NCBI GenBank assembly: GCA_977016875.1
Contig: CDRNST010000382.1
Span: 1,798,001 to 1,862,000, forward strand
Reading direction: 5' to 3'
DNA length: 64,000 nt
Source: Pavona decussata
Lineage: Eukaryota
Position numbers and translations under genes: made by a program. Of this stretch, positions 63,507-64,000 are shown one piece after another (within the stretch, counting starts at the first letter, position 1; the number at the start of each line of letters is the position of its first letter). The notes under the pieces are model-generated. The model was not told where the DNA came from and ran no database searches. It worked only from the letters and a program-made list of their open reading frames with translations.

Positions 63507-64000
63507 TTTTCTAAATGTACTTTAGCTATGTACTGTGTAGTGTTCCAATCTAAAAAAATCATTGCTCTTTTAAGGGTGAAATGAAACATTACTCCATAAA
63601 TGCACATTAAATTAAATAGCTTGAAGTATTTAATATTAAAAAACACAACCGTTTGTGGAGTATTGTTGCGAATATCGGTAACAGCAGGGTGATTTGACAA
63701 ATTAATGACATGTATGATGAATTCAATGACTATTAAACGCATTTGCATTGAAATTGTAGTAAAAAGAGAGAAAGCTTGCCGAATTTTTAAGCATTTTGCT
63801 GTGGAGTAATGTTGCTCTCGTTTGTTCACAGCTCTCAATAATAACTGTGATTGACAGGTGACGCCATGAAAAAGCGGACTAATTAAAGTAACAATTTGTT
63901 ATCATTCCCTTTTATTGTACACATAGCTAAAATAGCGAGTTTTCAACATGTCTTAACAAAGATTGTATATATCAGCTAACTAATTATATCAGAATGTTTA

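Overview
This is eukaryotic (animal) DNA, not prokaryotic: it is AT-rich, has GT-AG introns, microsatellites and two N gaps, and its transposon repertoire suggests a cnidarian such as a stony coral (inference, no search run). I found no intact host gene. The window is a dense pile of nested and fragmented mobile elements. Main elements: an IS3EU-like integrase gene; a 10.3-kb Kolobok (about 200-bp TIRs, TTGA TSD) carrying a near-intact full-length L1/Tx1 LINE; a second decayed L1/Tx1 split by a piggyBac-type non-autonomous element; and a Ngaro tyrosine-recombinase retrotransposon split by a complete ISL2EU (THAP-DDE plus YqaJ). There are also remnants of DIRS, BEL/Pao, Harbinger, hAT, MULE, Sola3-like, Penelope and RAG1/Transib-like elements, several MITEs with clear TSDs, and a tandem tRNA-derived SINE-like unit. 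Three virus-like relics stand out: a parvovirus/densovirus-like NS1+VP insertion fused to a BEL gag, a nearly intact HUH-Rep plus SF3 helicase gene with no capsid nearby, and a decayed B-family DNA polymerase plus SF1 helicase. Most coding relics lie on the + strand, which would fit a unistrand piRNA-cluster-like trap; this is a hypothesis. Family assignments come from motifs recognised by eye.
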